The notes under the pieces are model-generated. The model was given only the letters and a program-made list of their open reading frames with translations. It was not told where the DNA came from and made no database searches. 64,000 bases of DNA from a virus (Duplodnaviria > Caudoviricetes): IMG/VR virus record IMGVR_UViG_2893071988_000005, positions 14,497-78,496 of that record; one strand, given 5' to 3'. The position numbers were made by a program, and so were the translations under genes. Shown in pieces: positions 54,884 through 64,000 of the stretch (position 1 is the first letter of the stretch; every line of letters begins with the position of its first letter).

Positions 54884-57774
54884 CGTCACGCACAGCGAGC
54901 TTGCGGCTGCAGCTCATCGATGCCGTGAGCGGTCCTTCTGCCAAGGTGGCAAGCACGCTCCGCAACCTCGACGGTACGCTCGGCCGTCTCGGCAAGAGCG
55001 GATCGCCGGAGATACGCCGGCTGGTCAAGCAGCTGGAGTACCTGAAATCCAAGTCCGGTGCCCTCGACAACCTCGCCGGCTCGAAGCGAGGCCTCAAAGA
55101 TCTCGCGAACGCCCTGGAGGAAGCGCGAAATCGGGTGAAGGGGCTGGAGAAAGCTCTTGCCAGCTCTGCCAGCCCGACGAAGAAGATGCAGCAGGATCTC
55201 GACCGTGCTCGCACGGCCGTCAAGAATGCTGCTCTCGCGTTCGCCCAGCAGACGCAGGCCGTAACGAGTGCCGAGCGGGCGCTGCGTAGCTATAGCGTCA
55301 ACTCTGGCCGGAATGTTGCCACCGCGCAGCAGAAGATCCGGAGCGAAGTCGCTAAGACCCTTGTCGAGCTTCGGAAGGTCGAGAAGGAGCAGGTCAAGCC
55401 GAAGCCCCGCCCGGGAGGGCGAAACCCTCAGTCCGGCCGCTCGCTGGAACACAACGCCATCGTCGCCGGCACGGGTTACGTCGTTGGAGACCAAGGGCGC
55501 CGCGCCATCGGGCAAGCCTTCTTCAATGCTATCGATTTCAACGAGGTGGCCGCATACCAGTCGGCTCTCGGTGGGTTTAACCCTGACGAGCGCGGCAAGT
55601 TGAACCGCCAGGCTGAGAAGATCGGTGGCGATACCCGCTTCTCGAACGTTGATGTGGTCAAGGCCCAGACGATGATCCTTCAGGGCGGTATCCGCGACGT
55701 GAAGCAGATCATGGATCTGACGGAGAAGATCACCGACTACTCGCTTGCCATGGGGGTGACCCTGGAAGAGGGGGCTGAAACAGTCCGCGGTTCGGCTCTC
55801 TCCAAGCGCATCGATCTCTCGGATGTGAACGCGATCAGCACCTTCGTCGACAACCTCGTCTGGATGGCGAAGAACGGCGGCATGTCCGATGAGGACGTGC
55901 GCCAGTACATGAAATACGGCGGCGGTCCGACGAAGGGCGTGAACCTGCCGGATAACTATGCCGCCGCTATCGGCATGGTGCTTCGCCGTTCCGGTCTCCG
56001 GGGTGACGAAGCCGGTGTCTTCGCCCGCACCATGTCTTCGAAGCTGGTCGCTCCGACCAAGAAGGGGCGGGACTCGCTCGCAGCAATGGGCATTGACTAC
56101 AACGATTATGTCTCCATGCCGGACGCGATGAACGCCGAAGGCGTCGAGATCATGATGAAGAACAACTTCGGCAAACGGATCACGCCGGAGATGCGCGAGG
56201 CAATCGCCCAGTTGATGAACGAGGGCGAGTTCACCGATCCTGAAACTGGCGAGACGCGCTCCGTTGCCTCCGACAGCGGCGAATTCACGACGCAGATGTC
56301 CGACATCTTGAATTCGTTGTTTGCGGGCAAGGGCGGTAAGGTTGCGGCAAAGGATGCCCAGGCCCTTTCGAAAGCGCTGAGCGACTACCATAAGTATTCG
56401 GTCGAGAGCGTTGATGTGGTGGGTCTTTTCAACGCCATCATGTCGAGCAATCCCACGCAGGGGAATCTCAACGCCTACTTCACCGACCGGCAGGGTGGCC
56501 GCGCCAGCCTGATCGCGCAGCAGTGGCCGCTTTTCCAGAAGCTCTTGGAGCTGATGAACAATACCCCGGAAGGAGTGGCCAACGATATCGGGACTAAGGC
56601 TAACGCCGAACTCTACGGTGACTGGACGAAGCTAACCGGTACCGTCGAGACGGTCTTGACCCGTATCGGTCAGGATTTCGAGGACGTGACCCGGCCGATC
56701 ATCAATGCCACCAACTCGATCCTTGACGGCTTCCTCGGGCTGGACAAGGGCTCCCGGCAACTTCTCGCCGCATTCGGAATGGCTGCCGCGGCGTTCGCCG
56801 CCTACGCCGCTGTTCGTAGTGGGGCAGGTCTCCTCGGCGGTCTATTTGGGGGCGGGGGGGCCGGTAGCGGTGCGGCCGCCGGCGCGGCTGGCGCAGCTGG
56901 AGGCGCAGCGGCTGCGGCGAGCAAGGGTGGCGGCTTCTTCAAGAAGCTACTCAGGGGGGCCGGCATTGCCGGTGCAGCCTTGACGACCAACGAACTCCTT
57001 GGCGCTGCCGACCCGAAGGGAAACCTTTGGGGGCTGACCGATGGCATCGACAAGTGGGTGGAGGAGAACTTCGGTTTCAACCCGTCCCGTGTCACGATCG
57101 GCGGCGGAGGAGGTGCGGGAGCGGCTGGAGGTTCCACTGCCAACAAAGCGAAGGTGGCCGGCATCAGTTCGCAGCTCGACCAGATGACCAGCGAGTGGCC
57201 TATGGCTGCGCAGCGGGCATTGAAGTCCTACGGCAACGCTCTCGCCCAGGGCGGCGCGCAGGCGGAGACGGAAGCGCAAGCGATCGGCCAGCGTGTCGAG
57301 CAGGCGCTCACCGTCGAAGGAAAGCCGACCGTGAACACGGCCGACATCCAGCGGGCTCTTTCGCTGGCTCGGCAGTTGGCGGCGGCTCTCCGGGCACCGG
57401 CCGGGGGCGGCTACTCCTCCCCCACGAACACCAACAAGTTCGGCGGGCCGCGCGCCCGGGGCGGGCCGGTTAAGCGTGGGGTGACTTATCTCGTCGGCGA
57501 GCGGGGCCCTGAGCCCTTCACCGCGCCGGCGAGCGGCTACATCACCTCGAACAAGGACTGGCAGGAGGCTTCGTCCTCCGGGCCGACAATCCACGCCCCT
57601 ATCAACATCGACTTGACGCTGCAGGTGAACGGCTCGTCTGCCGCCGACTTGCAAAAGCTTGCGGAGGATGCCGCGGCAACGGTCGTTGGCAGGCTCACCA
57701 GTGTGCTTGAGCGTCAGCTCGGGCGCGGGCCGCAAGTGGCGTTCAGCGGGGCGAAAACCTACGGAGACTCATGA
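54880..57774 (+). CDS. Tape measure protein
   Basis: 964 aa, helical and Ala/Gly-rich; GLRGDEAG core; RARGGPV...VGERGPE tail. Confidence 0.93.
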   Translation: MTSRTASLRLQLIDAVSGPSAKVASTLRNLDGTLGRLGKSGSPEIRRLVKQLEYLKSKSGALDNLAGSKRGLKDLANALEEARNRVKGLEKALASSASPTKKMQQDLDRARTAVKNAALAFAQQTQAVTSAERALRSYSVNSGRNVATAQQKIRSEVAKTLVELRKVEKEQVKPKPRPGGRNPQSGRSLEHNAIVAGTGYVVGDQGRRAIGQAFFNAIDFNEVAAYQSALGGFNPDERGKLNRQAEKIGGDTRFSNVDVVKAQTMILQGGIRDVKQIMDLTEKITDYSLAMGVTLEEGAETVRGSALSKRIDLSDVNAISTFVDNLVWMAKNGGMSDEDVRQYMKYGGGPTKGVNLPDNYAAAIGMVLRRSGLRGDEAGVFARTMSSKLVAPTKKGRDSLAAMGIDYNDYVSMPDAMNAEGVEIMMKNNFGKRITPEMREAIAQLMNEGEFTDPETGETRSVASDSGEFTTQMSDILNSLFAGKGGKVAAKDAQALSKALSDYHKYSVESVDVVGLFNAIMSSNPTQGNLNAYFTDRQGGRASLIAQQWPLFQKLLELMNNTPEGVANDIGTKANAELYGDWTKLTGTVETVLTRIGQDFEDVTRPIINATNSILDGFLGLDKGSRQLLAAFGMAAAAFAAYAAVRSGAGLLGGLFGGGGAGSGAAAGAAGAAGGAAAAASKGGGFFKKLLRGAGIAGAALTTNELLGAADPKGNLWGLTDGIDKWVEENFGFNPSRVTIGGGGGAGAAGGSTANKAKVAGISSQLDQMTSEWPMAAQRALKSYGNALAQGGAQAETEAQAIGQRVEQALTVEGKPTVNTADIQRALSLARQLAAALRAPAGGGYSSPTNTNKFGGPRARGGPVKRGVTYLVGERGPEPFTAPASGYITSNKDWQEASSSGPTIHAPINIDLTLQVNGSSAADLQKLAEDAAATVVGRLTSVLERQLGRGPQVAFSGAKTYGDS

Positions 57775-58256
57775 TGCTCATGGCCTGGGGACCGTTCCGG
57801 TTCACGATCCCGACCTATTCGGTTGAGGAGATCAGGCGCTCCTTGCAGCCTCGGACGAGCCCGGTGCCGGTTATCGGCCGGGCTCCTCCAATCCATAAAC
57901 TTGGTCCTGGGAATGAGCAGATCACCCTCAGCTCGACCTTTCACCCGCATCATCTCAACGGCCGGGGCCTCGCCCAGCTTGCATCGATACGGCAGGCGAT
58001 CAATGCGCAGGCGACCTATCCGCTTGTCCATGTCAACGGCAGAGCAATGAACATCTTCGGCTCGTGGACCGGGGTGCAAATCGATGACAGCCACTCGCTC
58101 CTCGATGTCATGCTGACGCCGGGTACTGTGACGGTCTCGATGTCTTTGATGAGGGAGGACTCATCGCCAGCGCGGGCGATCGCCATCGCGGCGGCCGCCG
58201 ACTTCAGCCTCGGCCTCGGCGTGAACGCCAGCTTCTCAATCAGATTGGGGTTCTAA
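57771..58256 (+). CDS. P2 GpU-like tail protein
   Basis: MLMAWGPFRF...LGPGNEQITL. Confidence 0.85.
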   Translation: MMLMAWGPFRFTIPTYSVEEIRRSLQPRTSPVPVIGRAPPIHKLGPGNEQITLSSTFHPHHLNGRGLAQLASIRQAINAQATYPLVHVNGRAMNIFGSWTGVQIDDSHSLLDVMLTPGTVTVSMSLMREDSSPARAIAIAAAADFSLGLGVNASFSIRLGF

Positions 58257-59263
58257 TGCCCGTCCCGCAGTTTTTCATCAACGCCAACGGCCTAGACGTT
58301 ACCGGCCGTCTCGCCGGCATTCTGTCGCAGATGACGATCACGGACAACGAGGGGCTGACGGCCGACACTCTTGAGCTCGAGCTCAACGACCTATTGGGAA
58401 TGACAGAGGTCCCGGAGACAGGGGCGATCCTCAACCCGATCGGTGGTTATGCCGGCAACCTTCGGGACTATGGTCTATTCGAAGTCGACAACGTGAGCTT
58501 GAACGGGTGGCCACAGAAGATCACCATCTCCGCACAGTCGGTTGCGGCGAAGTCTCTCGCAAAGCAGCGAGAGCCTAAGGCCTACCCAAAGGAGAAATTC
58601 CCGACATACGGCGATATCTTCCGCACCGTCGCGGGCGTGATCGGGGTGCAGTTGTCTGTAGCCAACGTGATCGCAGCGATTGAAAACACGTTCGAGGCTC
58701 AGGCCGATGAGGACGGGCTGGAGTTCGTTGAACGGCTAGGCGACAAACTCAATGCCTCGATCTCGTTCAAGCAGCAGCGGCTTGTCGTCGTCGAGAAGGG
58801 GAAGGGGCTCGCCGCCAGCGGCGAGCCAATGGAAATCACGAACATCACTCGGCCTGGAAACCTCATCAGCTACAGCGTGACGCTGAAGGATGCGCCGAAG
58901 TATCACGAGGTGGAGGCGACCTATTTCGACCGTGCCGCAAACAAGCGTGAGGTCGTCAAAGAGGCCACGGGGTTGGACGGTCCGAAATTTCTCCTCCGAT
59001 ACCCACATCAGGATAAGGCTGAAGCGCAGCGCACCGCAAAATCCAAGGCGACCGATCTCGTCATGGCTCAGGCTGAGGCGACGTTCGAAATCGAAGGCGA
59101 CCCGCATGTGTCGGCCGGTTCATTCGCGGCCGTTTCCGGTGCACGGCAAAAGGTCGATGGGCTGTGGAAGATCAAGTCGGTTGTCCACACCTTCACGAGC
59201 GAGAACTACTTCGGGAACTCGCTGCAATGCGATGTTCCGGCAAGCGGAGGAGCGGATGGATAG
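58256..59263 (+). CDS. Late control D (GpD) baseplate hub
   Basis: ITDNEGLTADTLELELND, QADEDGLEF. Confidence 0.88.
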   Translation: MPVPQFFINANGLDVTGRLAGILSQMTITDNEGLTADTLELELNDLLGMTEVPETGAILNPIGGYAGNLRDYGLFEVDNVSLNGWPQKITISAQSVAAKSLAKQREPKAYPKEKFPTYGDIFRTVAGVIGVQLSVANVIAAIENTFEAQADEDGLEFVERLGDKLNASISFKQQRLVVVEKGKGLAASGEPMEITNITRPGNLISYSVTLKDAPKYHEVEATYFDRAANKREVVKEATGLDGPKFLLRYPHQDKAEAQRTAKSKATDLVMAQAEATFEIEGDPHVSAGSFAAVSGARQKVDGLWKIKSVVHTFTSENYFGNSLQCDVPASGGADG

Positions 59264-59522
59264 CACCTTTGCGGACCGGATAGTCAAGCTCGACGACGGT
59301 ACCGACGCGCTCGTCACAGCCGATGGCGACATGATCGATGCGGTCGCGCATTACTACTACGGCAGCCATGAACGAAACACCGAGCGGATCTACGAGGCGA
59401 ACCCTGGGCTTGCCTCCTGGGGCGAGATCTTACCCGCTGGATTGGTCGTTCTTCTGCCCCCGCGGATCATTGCCCCGGTGATCCGCGCCACTCGGAAGCT
59501 CTGGGAAACCAGCAGGGCCTAG
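59256..59522 (+). CDS. P2 GpX-like (LysM) tail protein
   Basis: GDMIDAVAHYYYG...EANPGLA...LPAG. Confidence 0.88.
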   Translation: MDSTFADRIVKLDDGTDALVTADGDMIDAVAHYYYGSHERNTERIYEANPGLASWGEILPAGLVVLLPPRIIAPVIRATRKLWETSRA

Positions 59523-59547
59523 GGCTCAACCATCCAAGGACATCATC

Positions 59548-59766
59548 ATGCGTCTCGTCACGAACTGGCGGGCGGTGCTCCGCCGCGCGTGGAGCGTCCG
59601 CCTTATGCTGCTCGCCGCCGCCCTGTCCGGGCTGGAGGTGGCCATGCCCCTCGTTGGTCATGTGCTGCCGATCCCCACGGGCGCCTTTGCGGGCCTTTCC
59701 TTCATCATTACGGCCGGCGCCTTTGCTGCCAGGTTCGTCGCACAAAAAGGGCTCTCCGATGAGTAA
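59548..59766 (+). CDS. Holin
   Basis: NWRAVLRRAWSVRL, two TMs, ARFVAQ. Confidence 0.8.
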   Translation: MRLVTNWRAVLRRAWSVRLMLLAAALSGLEVAMPLVGHVLPIPTGAFAGLSFIITAGAFAARFVAQKGLSDE

Positions 59767-60262
59767 ACGTGCAAAGGCCGCTCTGGCTTCCGGCCTCGGC
59801 GTCGTCGGCCTGGTGGCCACCTATCTTGCTGGCCCGTGGGAGGGCAAAGAAAACCTCGCCTACTACGACCGCCTCGGGAAGGTATGGACCGTCTGCTACG
59901 GCGAGACGCTGAACGTGAAGAAGGGCGACCGGTTCTCCGACAAGGAATGCCTGGAGAAGCTCTACCGGCGCCTGGAGAAGGACTACCGCCAGCCGTTGGC
60001 GCGCTGCATCACCAACTTCGACGCCGCGCCACTCTCGCTCCAGGCATCGCTACTCGACGCCGGCTATAATGTCGGCGTGGGCGCCATCTGCAAGTCCACC
60101 GCCGCCAAGCGCACGATGGCGAAGGATTTTCGTGGCGCCTGTGAGGCGGTGACGCGGTTCAACCGTGCGGGCGGGAGGGTGATCGAAGGCCTCAAGCGCC
60201 GGCGCGAGTACGGCGATGCCACGCGCATCGGCGAGCTCGAGCTATGCCTCGCGGGGCTGTAG
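59759..60262 (+). CDS. Endolysin, GH24 lysozyme with SAR-like N-terminus
   Basis: E-8-D-5-T triad in WEG...YYD...WTVCYGET; YNVG; GLKRRR. Confidence 0.92.
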   Translation: MSKRAKAALASGLGVVGLVATYLAGPWEGKENLAYYDRLGKVWTVCYGETLNVKKGDRFSDKECLEKLYRRLEKDYRQPLARCITNFDAAPLSLQASLLDAGYNVGVGAICKSTAAKRTMAKDFRGACEAVTRFNRAGGRVIEGLKRRREYGDATRIGELELCLAGL

Positions 60263-60264
60263 CC

Positions 60265-60705
60265 ATGCCGACGCTCTTCGCATTTGCCCGGCTGCTCGGT
60301 CTGCAGGGCATGGTGATCGCCGCGGTGCTTGTCTTTTACGAGGGCGCACCCGGCCTCAACTACCTGACGCCCCATCTCCGTTTCGTGCCAGCGGCCGGAC
60401 CACTGCTCGACGATCTCGCCCAGGGCCGAGTTGGCCGAGCTGCGCGAACCGCGAAGCTATCCGAGCGGTTGGCTTGGCAGGAGAAGGAGCGGCGTTGGCA
60501 GATCGCCACCCAGGCCAAGGTAGACGCCATCGAGGACGGCTGGAACGAGGAGCGTCGCCGGCAGGCGGCGAACCACATGGACGCAATCGCCGAGCTTGAG
60601 AGGGCCATCGCCGATGAGAAATCAAATCGTTCGGGTGGCGGTCCTGCTTGCGATCCTGCCCTTCCTCGCGGGGTGTCCCGCGCACTCGACAAGATCGGGC
60701 GGTAG
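60265..60705 (+). CDS. i-spanin (Rz-like)
   Basis: N-terminal TM plus coiled coil, after the endolysin. Confidence 0.75.
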   Translation: MPTLFAFARLLGLQGMVIAAVLVFYEGAPGLNYLTPHLRFVPAAGPLLDDLAQGRVGRAARTAKLSERLAWQEKERRWQIATQAKVDAIEDGWNEERRRQAANHMDAIAELERAIADEKSNRSGGGPACDPALPRGVSRALDKIGR

Positions 60706-60892
60706 GATAGCCGTTGGCGGTGCGCTGCTTGCGCGCTGCGAGGGACCCGTCACCCTGCCAGATCGTTCCCTTGAGACGGCGGAGGTCGCACGCCTCTGGA
60801 GCAAGGATCGGCACGCGCTCGGCGATTGCAGTAAACGGCATGCCGCGCTTGCCGATATCACACGAGAAATTCAGGGGCAGGGCAGGGAATGA
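60614..60892 (+). CDS. o-spanin (Rz1-like lipoprotein)
   Basis: Lipobox LAGC; overlaps Rz; LGDCSKRHAAL. Confidence 0.75.
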   Translation: MRNQIVRVAVLLAILPFLAGCPAHSTRSGGRIAVGGALLARCEGPVTLPDRSLETAEVARLWSKDRHALGDCSKRHAALADITREIQGQGRE

Positions 60893-61233
60893 CGCAGGAG
60901 AGCACGGAACGAACTCTCGGAATGCTCGTGGCTGAAGTGCGAAGCCTGCGGGCTGACATAGACCGGCAGGAGAAGAAGTCGGATGACAGTCGAGCCGTCA
61001 TGCACCAACGAGTTGATGCGCTCGTGGATCGTGTTGGTGCGATCGAGGGAGACATTTCCACCGTCAAGCGTGATGTCGTCGACATGAAGCCCGTCACCGA
61101 CGATGTGAAGAAATGGAAGATCATGGGGATGACGGCAATCGCCATCATCGGGATCGGCGGCGCTGCCATGGGGGTTACCTTCGCCGAAGCGATCAAGCGT
61201 GTGCTTACCGTCTTGTTCGGCCGCGCCATCTGA
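60889..61233 (+). CDS. DUF1515-like coiled-coil membrane protein
   Basis: SRAVMHQRVD...MKPVTDDVKKWK plus TM. Confidence 0.7.
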   Translation: MTQESTERTLGMLVAEVRSLRADIDRQEKKSDDSRAVMHQRVDALVDRVGAIEGDISTVKRDVVDMKPVTDDVKKWKIMGMTAIAIIGIGGAAMGVTFAEAIKRVLTVLFGRAI

Positions 61234-61256
61234 AAATCAATAGATCCGTGCAACTT

Positions 61257-61284
61257 GCCCTCCGCTTCGGCGGAGGGCTTTTTT
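61257..61284 (+). terminator. Late operon terminator
   Basis: GCCCTCCGC-TTCG-GCGGAGGGC-TTTTTT. Confidence 0.85.
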
Positions 61285-61464
61285 GCGTTTTAGGGCTTTG
61301 CTCAGCCGAGGAGCGTCGGTGCGGTCGGCTATTACCCTTTCGGCTTTCCTGGCTCCTTGTAGGGAAAGTGAGGCCAGCACCACCACCGAATGGGCTGCGC
61401 CTTGCTCGGGGAGTACCCGAACCCTCCCCAGTCGCTGCATCCGGGATGTTCACAATAGTGCTCG

Positions 61465-61902
61465 TCAGGTGTCGCCGGGTGGGTGTCCGTTCTTTCGTCT
61501 ACGCTCAAGTTCGGTCTCCTCGTTCTGGTCGCGCATGATCCGGATGCCGTTGCGAAGACGCACGCCGCCCGGGTATCGAGTGATGAGATATTCGTACATA
61601 GCACCGGCGGCAATGGCGTTGGCGGAGCCGCCGAGCCGTTCCATCGGTACGTCTTTGCTATCCACTCGGTCGACCATGAACGGGAATGGGTCGAGAACCT
61701 TGGAGTAGTTGTCCGGCAGCTGGGCGACGAAGCCGCGGCCTTCCTCGCAGAAGAACGTGCTTTCCGGCCCATATACCCAAGCCGTCACCGTTCGATTTTC
61801 GAGCTTGCCTTTGGCTTTGTAGCAGACCTGCCATTCCTTCCCATGCTTGATCAGCATCGGCTCGGAGAGCGGTTTTCGTTTGGTCGGCTTGTTCTCGGAC
61901 AT
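61465..61902 (-). CDS. Hypothetical protein
   Basis: GAGGA RBS; 145 aa. Confidence 0.6.
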   Translation of the reverse strand: MSENKPTKRKPLSEPMLIKHGKEWQVCYKAKGKLENRTVTAWVYGPESTFFCEEGRGFVAQLPDNYSKVLDPFPFMVDRVDSKDVPMERLGGSANAIAAGAMYEYLITRYPGGVRLRNGIRIMRDQNEETELERRRKNGHPPGDT

Positions 61903-62108
61903 GCGGTATCCTCGTCTGAACGAACCGCATTTTCGTTCTCTTTGTGTTCATGCCCGCCTTGGGCGCTAAATGATCCTGAGAGAGGGCGAAGTCAATAGGG
62001 GCGGAGGCGCTATTCAACTTACCAATCGAAAGTGAAACGCTCTCGTTTCCGTCAATGCATTTCACTTGATGAGTGACACGCCGCCTTGCAATGTCTGAAA
62101 GTTCTGGA

Positions 62109-62155
62109 AGCCTTCCAAGCTGAATACGCGGGTTCGATTCCCGCTACCCGCTCCA
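62109..62155 (+). tRNA. 3' fragment of tRNA-Gly(TCC), probable attR core duplication
   Basis: Anticodon arm AGCC-TTCCA-AGCT, T-arm GGTTCGATTCCC, acceptor 3' strand + CCA; 5' half absent. Confidence 0.88.
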
Positions 62156-62222
62156 AAAAATCCACCACTTTACAGGTTTGCTCAGGCCATCTCTTTTGGT
62201 TGACCGACAAGGCCGATTCGCT

Positions 62223-62780
62223 CTAGCCGCGTTCCAGATAGATCTGGCAGTTCTGCCGGTTGGCTTTCCCGGTGAGCGTATTGCCGTCGATTTTGACCAC
62301 GTAGTCGTAGGTATCCGGTCGCGCGGTAACGATGGCATAGGTGTTTGGAGTATCCTCCGCCGCCATCGGGCTGATCTGAGCCTCGTCGGTTCCTCTCGCT
62401 GCACCGCTATAGGCCCATTTCCCCTTGCCGACGCGGCCGAACTGTTCGTCGACGGAGAAGGTGATTGTGAACTGCCGCCGCCCGCAGGCGACGTTGCCCA
62501 GCCACGTGCCAATGAGATCGGTTTTGCCGGCCGCTGCTCCCTCTTGCTGTGCCGCGTCGCGCAGGTTCGAAATTTCGGTCTCAAGCTCGCGAATGATGGC
62601 GCGCAACCGGTCGATTTCCTGCTGGTCATCGTCGTGACCCGTCCGCGGACCGCTTGGACCGCTCGCATCGAAATCCTGCGTGGAAGCCGGCATCGGTGCT
62701 ATCCCGACAAGCAGAAGCGCGACGAGGCAGAGAGGCGAGGAGGATGCTCGTTTCAAGGTGGAACACACGCGGATTCGCAC
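62223..62780 (-). CDS. Hypothetical exported protein (outside attR)
   Basis: Hydrophobic N-terminal segment, coiled coil, beta-rich C-terminus. Confidence 0.6.
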   Translation of the reverse strand: MRIRVCSTLKRASSSPLCLVALLLVGIAPMPASTQDFDASGPSGPRTGHDDDQQEIDRLRAIIRELETEISNLRDAAQQEGAAAGKTDLIGTWLGNVACGRRQFTITFSVDEQFGRVGKGKWAYSGAARGTDEAQISPMAAEDTPNTYAIVTARPDTYDYVVKIDGNTLTGKANRQNCQIYLERG

Positions 62781-62834
62781 GGAGATCCTCCAAATTAAAG
62801 TCGTGGCTTTTCTTTTTGCTCAGGTGCCCTGCTT

Positions 62835-63491
62835 CTAGAGAAACCAGTCGGCGCTCACGTCGGTCATGTCGATGCCGCGGAGCGTGATAGTGCCGCCGCC
62901 GGAAAGGTTCAGCACAGCGAAGCCGCTCTTGTCTTCGGTGACGGTGAAGGTTTGCCCGCGCAGATCGATGAGGTCGGTCCCATCCTTGAAGTCGCGGATC
63001 GTGTCGTCGCCCTCCGCCTTGCCGAACACGAAGGTGTCGATACCCGTACCACCGGCAAGGGCATCGTCGCCCTGGCCGCCTCTGAGGGCGTCCTTTCCGC
63101 TTCCACCCGACAATGTATCCGCTCCTCTGTCGCCGAAGAGCTTATCGTCCCCGGCGTCGCCGGAGACGGTGTCGTTGCCTGCGCCGCCCTCGACCTTGTC
63201 CGCGTCTGCACCGCCGGCCAGTTTGTCGTTTCCAGCGTCGCCCTTGATCTTGTCTTCGCCCTTACCGCCCTTGATGCTGTCGTTGCCGGCCTCCCCACGC
63301 AAGGTATCCGCGCCGCCGCCGCCATCGATACTGTCGTTTCCTTTTCGGCCTTTCACGACGTCGTCACCGCCAAGGGCGCGGATAATGTCGTCATTGTCGC
63401 CGCTGTTCAGCTTGTCCGCACGGTCCGTGCCTTGAATATTCCTGCCCTTCGCCCAGGCAAGGTCCATGGCCTCGCTCCACATCATCGCCAT
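62835..63491 (-). CDS. RTX-type Ca-binding repeat protein
   Basis: Many GGxGxD nonapeptides; DTIRDF...DLIDL C-terminus. Confidence 0.88.
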   Translation of the reverse strand: MAMMWSEAMDLAWAKGRNIQGTDRADKLNSGDNDDIIRALGGDDVVKGRKGNDSIDGGGGADTLRGEAGNDSIKGGKGEDKIKGDAGNDKLAGGADADKVEGGAGNDTVSGDAGDDKLFGDRGADTLSGGSGKDALRGGQGDDALAGGTGIDTFVFGKAEGDDTIRDFKDGTDLIDLRGQTFTVTEDKSGFAVLNLSGGGTITLRGIDMTDVSADWFL

Positions 63492-63923
63492 CGTCTCCTC
63501 CCGGTGGTTGAGAATGAGCCGCTGAATCTAGAGCACGCGTCCTGGGAGAACGCAGTCAAGCAAAGGGAGTGGCGGCGGCATCCGTTCGGCGTAGGAGCGG
63601 CGCGGAGATGCTTGGGAAACGGGATTGTTTGGGTGAAATCCCGCTGTAAGAGGCAAGGCATCGCCCAGGTTGGGGCTGAGGAGCAATGCGGGAGCGAAAC
63701 GAACGTGCTTCCCTTCGAGTGATCAACGCATGCAGCTCCCCTAAGGCCCTGCCTTGAAAAAGCGATTCCGCGTCATGATCTAAGGGCTATCCGGCTCACC
63801 CCAGCCCGTTTCCGGCGGATTTTCCCGTGCATTTAGCGCTTGCGCATTCGTTGCGAAAGCCTTAAACGCCTGCCAAACCGGACGGGCCGGTTAGCCCAAC
63901 TTTCGTTCAGTAGGAATAAAAAC

Positions 63924-64000
63924 ATGGCAAAAGGTAAGTTTGAGCGCAACAAGCCTCACGTAAACATCGGCACGATCGGCCACGTTGACCATGGCAAGAC
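63924..64000 (+). CDS. tuf: Elongation factor Tu (5' part)
   Basis: [25 protein letters not shown]; AGGA RBS. Confidence 0.97.
   Translation, partial: MAKGKFERNKPHVNIGTIGHVDHGK

Larger units (their letters stand above)
1..62155. mobile_element. Prophage (lambda-like head, P2-like contractile tail) integrated at tRNA-Gly(TCC); left end and integrase outside the window
   Basis: Contiguous replication, early, packaging, head, baseplate, tail and lysis genes ending at a tRNA-Gly 3' fragment. Confidence 0.95.

Noticed and set aside
62109-62155. Functional tRNA gene
   Set aside because: The 5' acceptor strand and D-arm are missing; it fits an att duplication.
62835-63491. 27-nt periodic repeats
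   Set aside because: Explained by ordinary RTX GGxGxD coding repeats.

Overview
Bases 1 to about 62155 are the right-hand ~62 kb of a large temperate prophage in a GC-rich alphaproteobacterium (Rhizobiales-like, inferred from gene content and the tRNA-Gly/tuf locus). It ends at a duplicated 3' fragment of tRNA-Gly(TCC), the likely attR, with two further genes and the start of tuf beyond it. The layout is: a + strand replication/recombination module (HNH remnant, methyltransferase, RuvC-like, primase, DnaB; 1-6.3 kb); a long - strand early/accessory operon (6.2-33.1 kb); ~1.5 kb without a convincing gene (structured RNA candidate, promoter, probable cos); and a + strand late operon with a lambda-like head, P2-like contractile tail and lysis genes (34.7-61.2 kb). 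The standout is at 28.9-30.7 kb: a stand-alone RAMP/Cas7-like gene flanked by five non-coding arrays of 5-nt period (fixed CGC/CAC triplet plus a variable dinucleotide, 12-14 units each), with covarying hairpin linkers between adjacent arrays, followed by an accessory gene. This looks like a phage-encoded, non-CRISPR RNA-guided system resembling the VIPR class but with a different fixed triplet. Also notable: a self-contained three-unit CRISPR-repeat-like RNA cassette ending in ATTGAAAC (candidate RNA anti-CRISPR or mini-array); a 12-bp motif in front of nine early-gene RBSs; about nine small proteins sharing a C-terminal motif around a MoxR AAA+/VWA module; and a GNRA-rich structured leader RNA. 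All protein family calls come from motifs and synteny read by eye; no searches were run.
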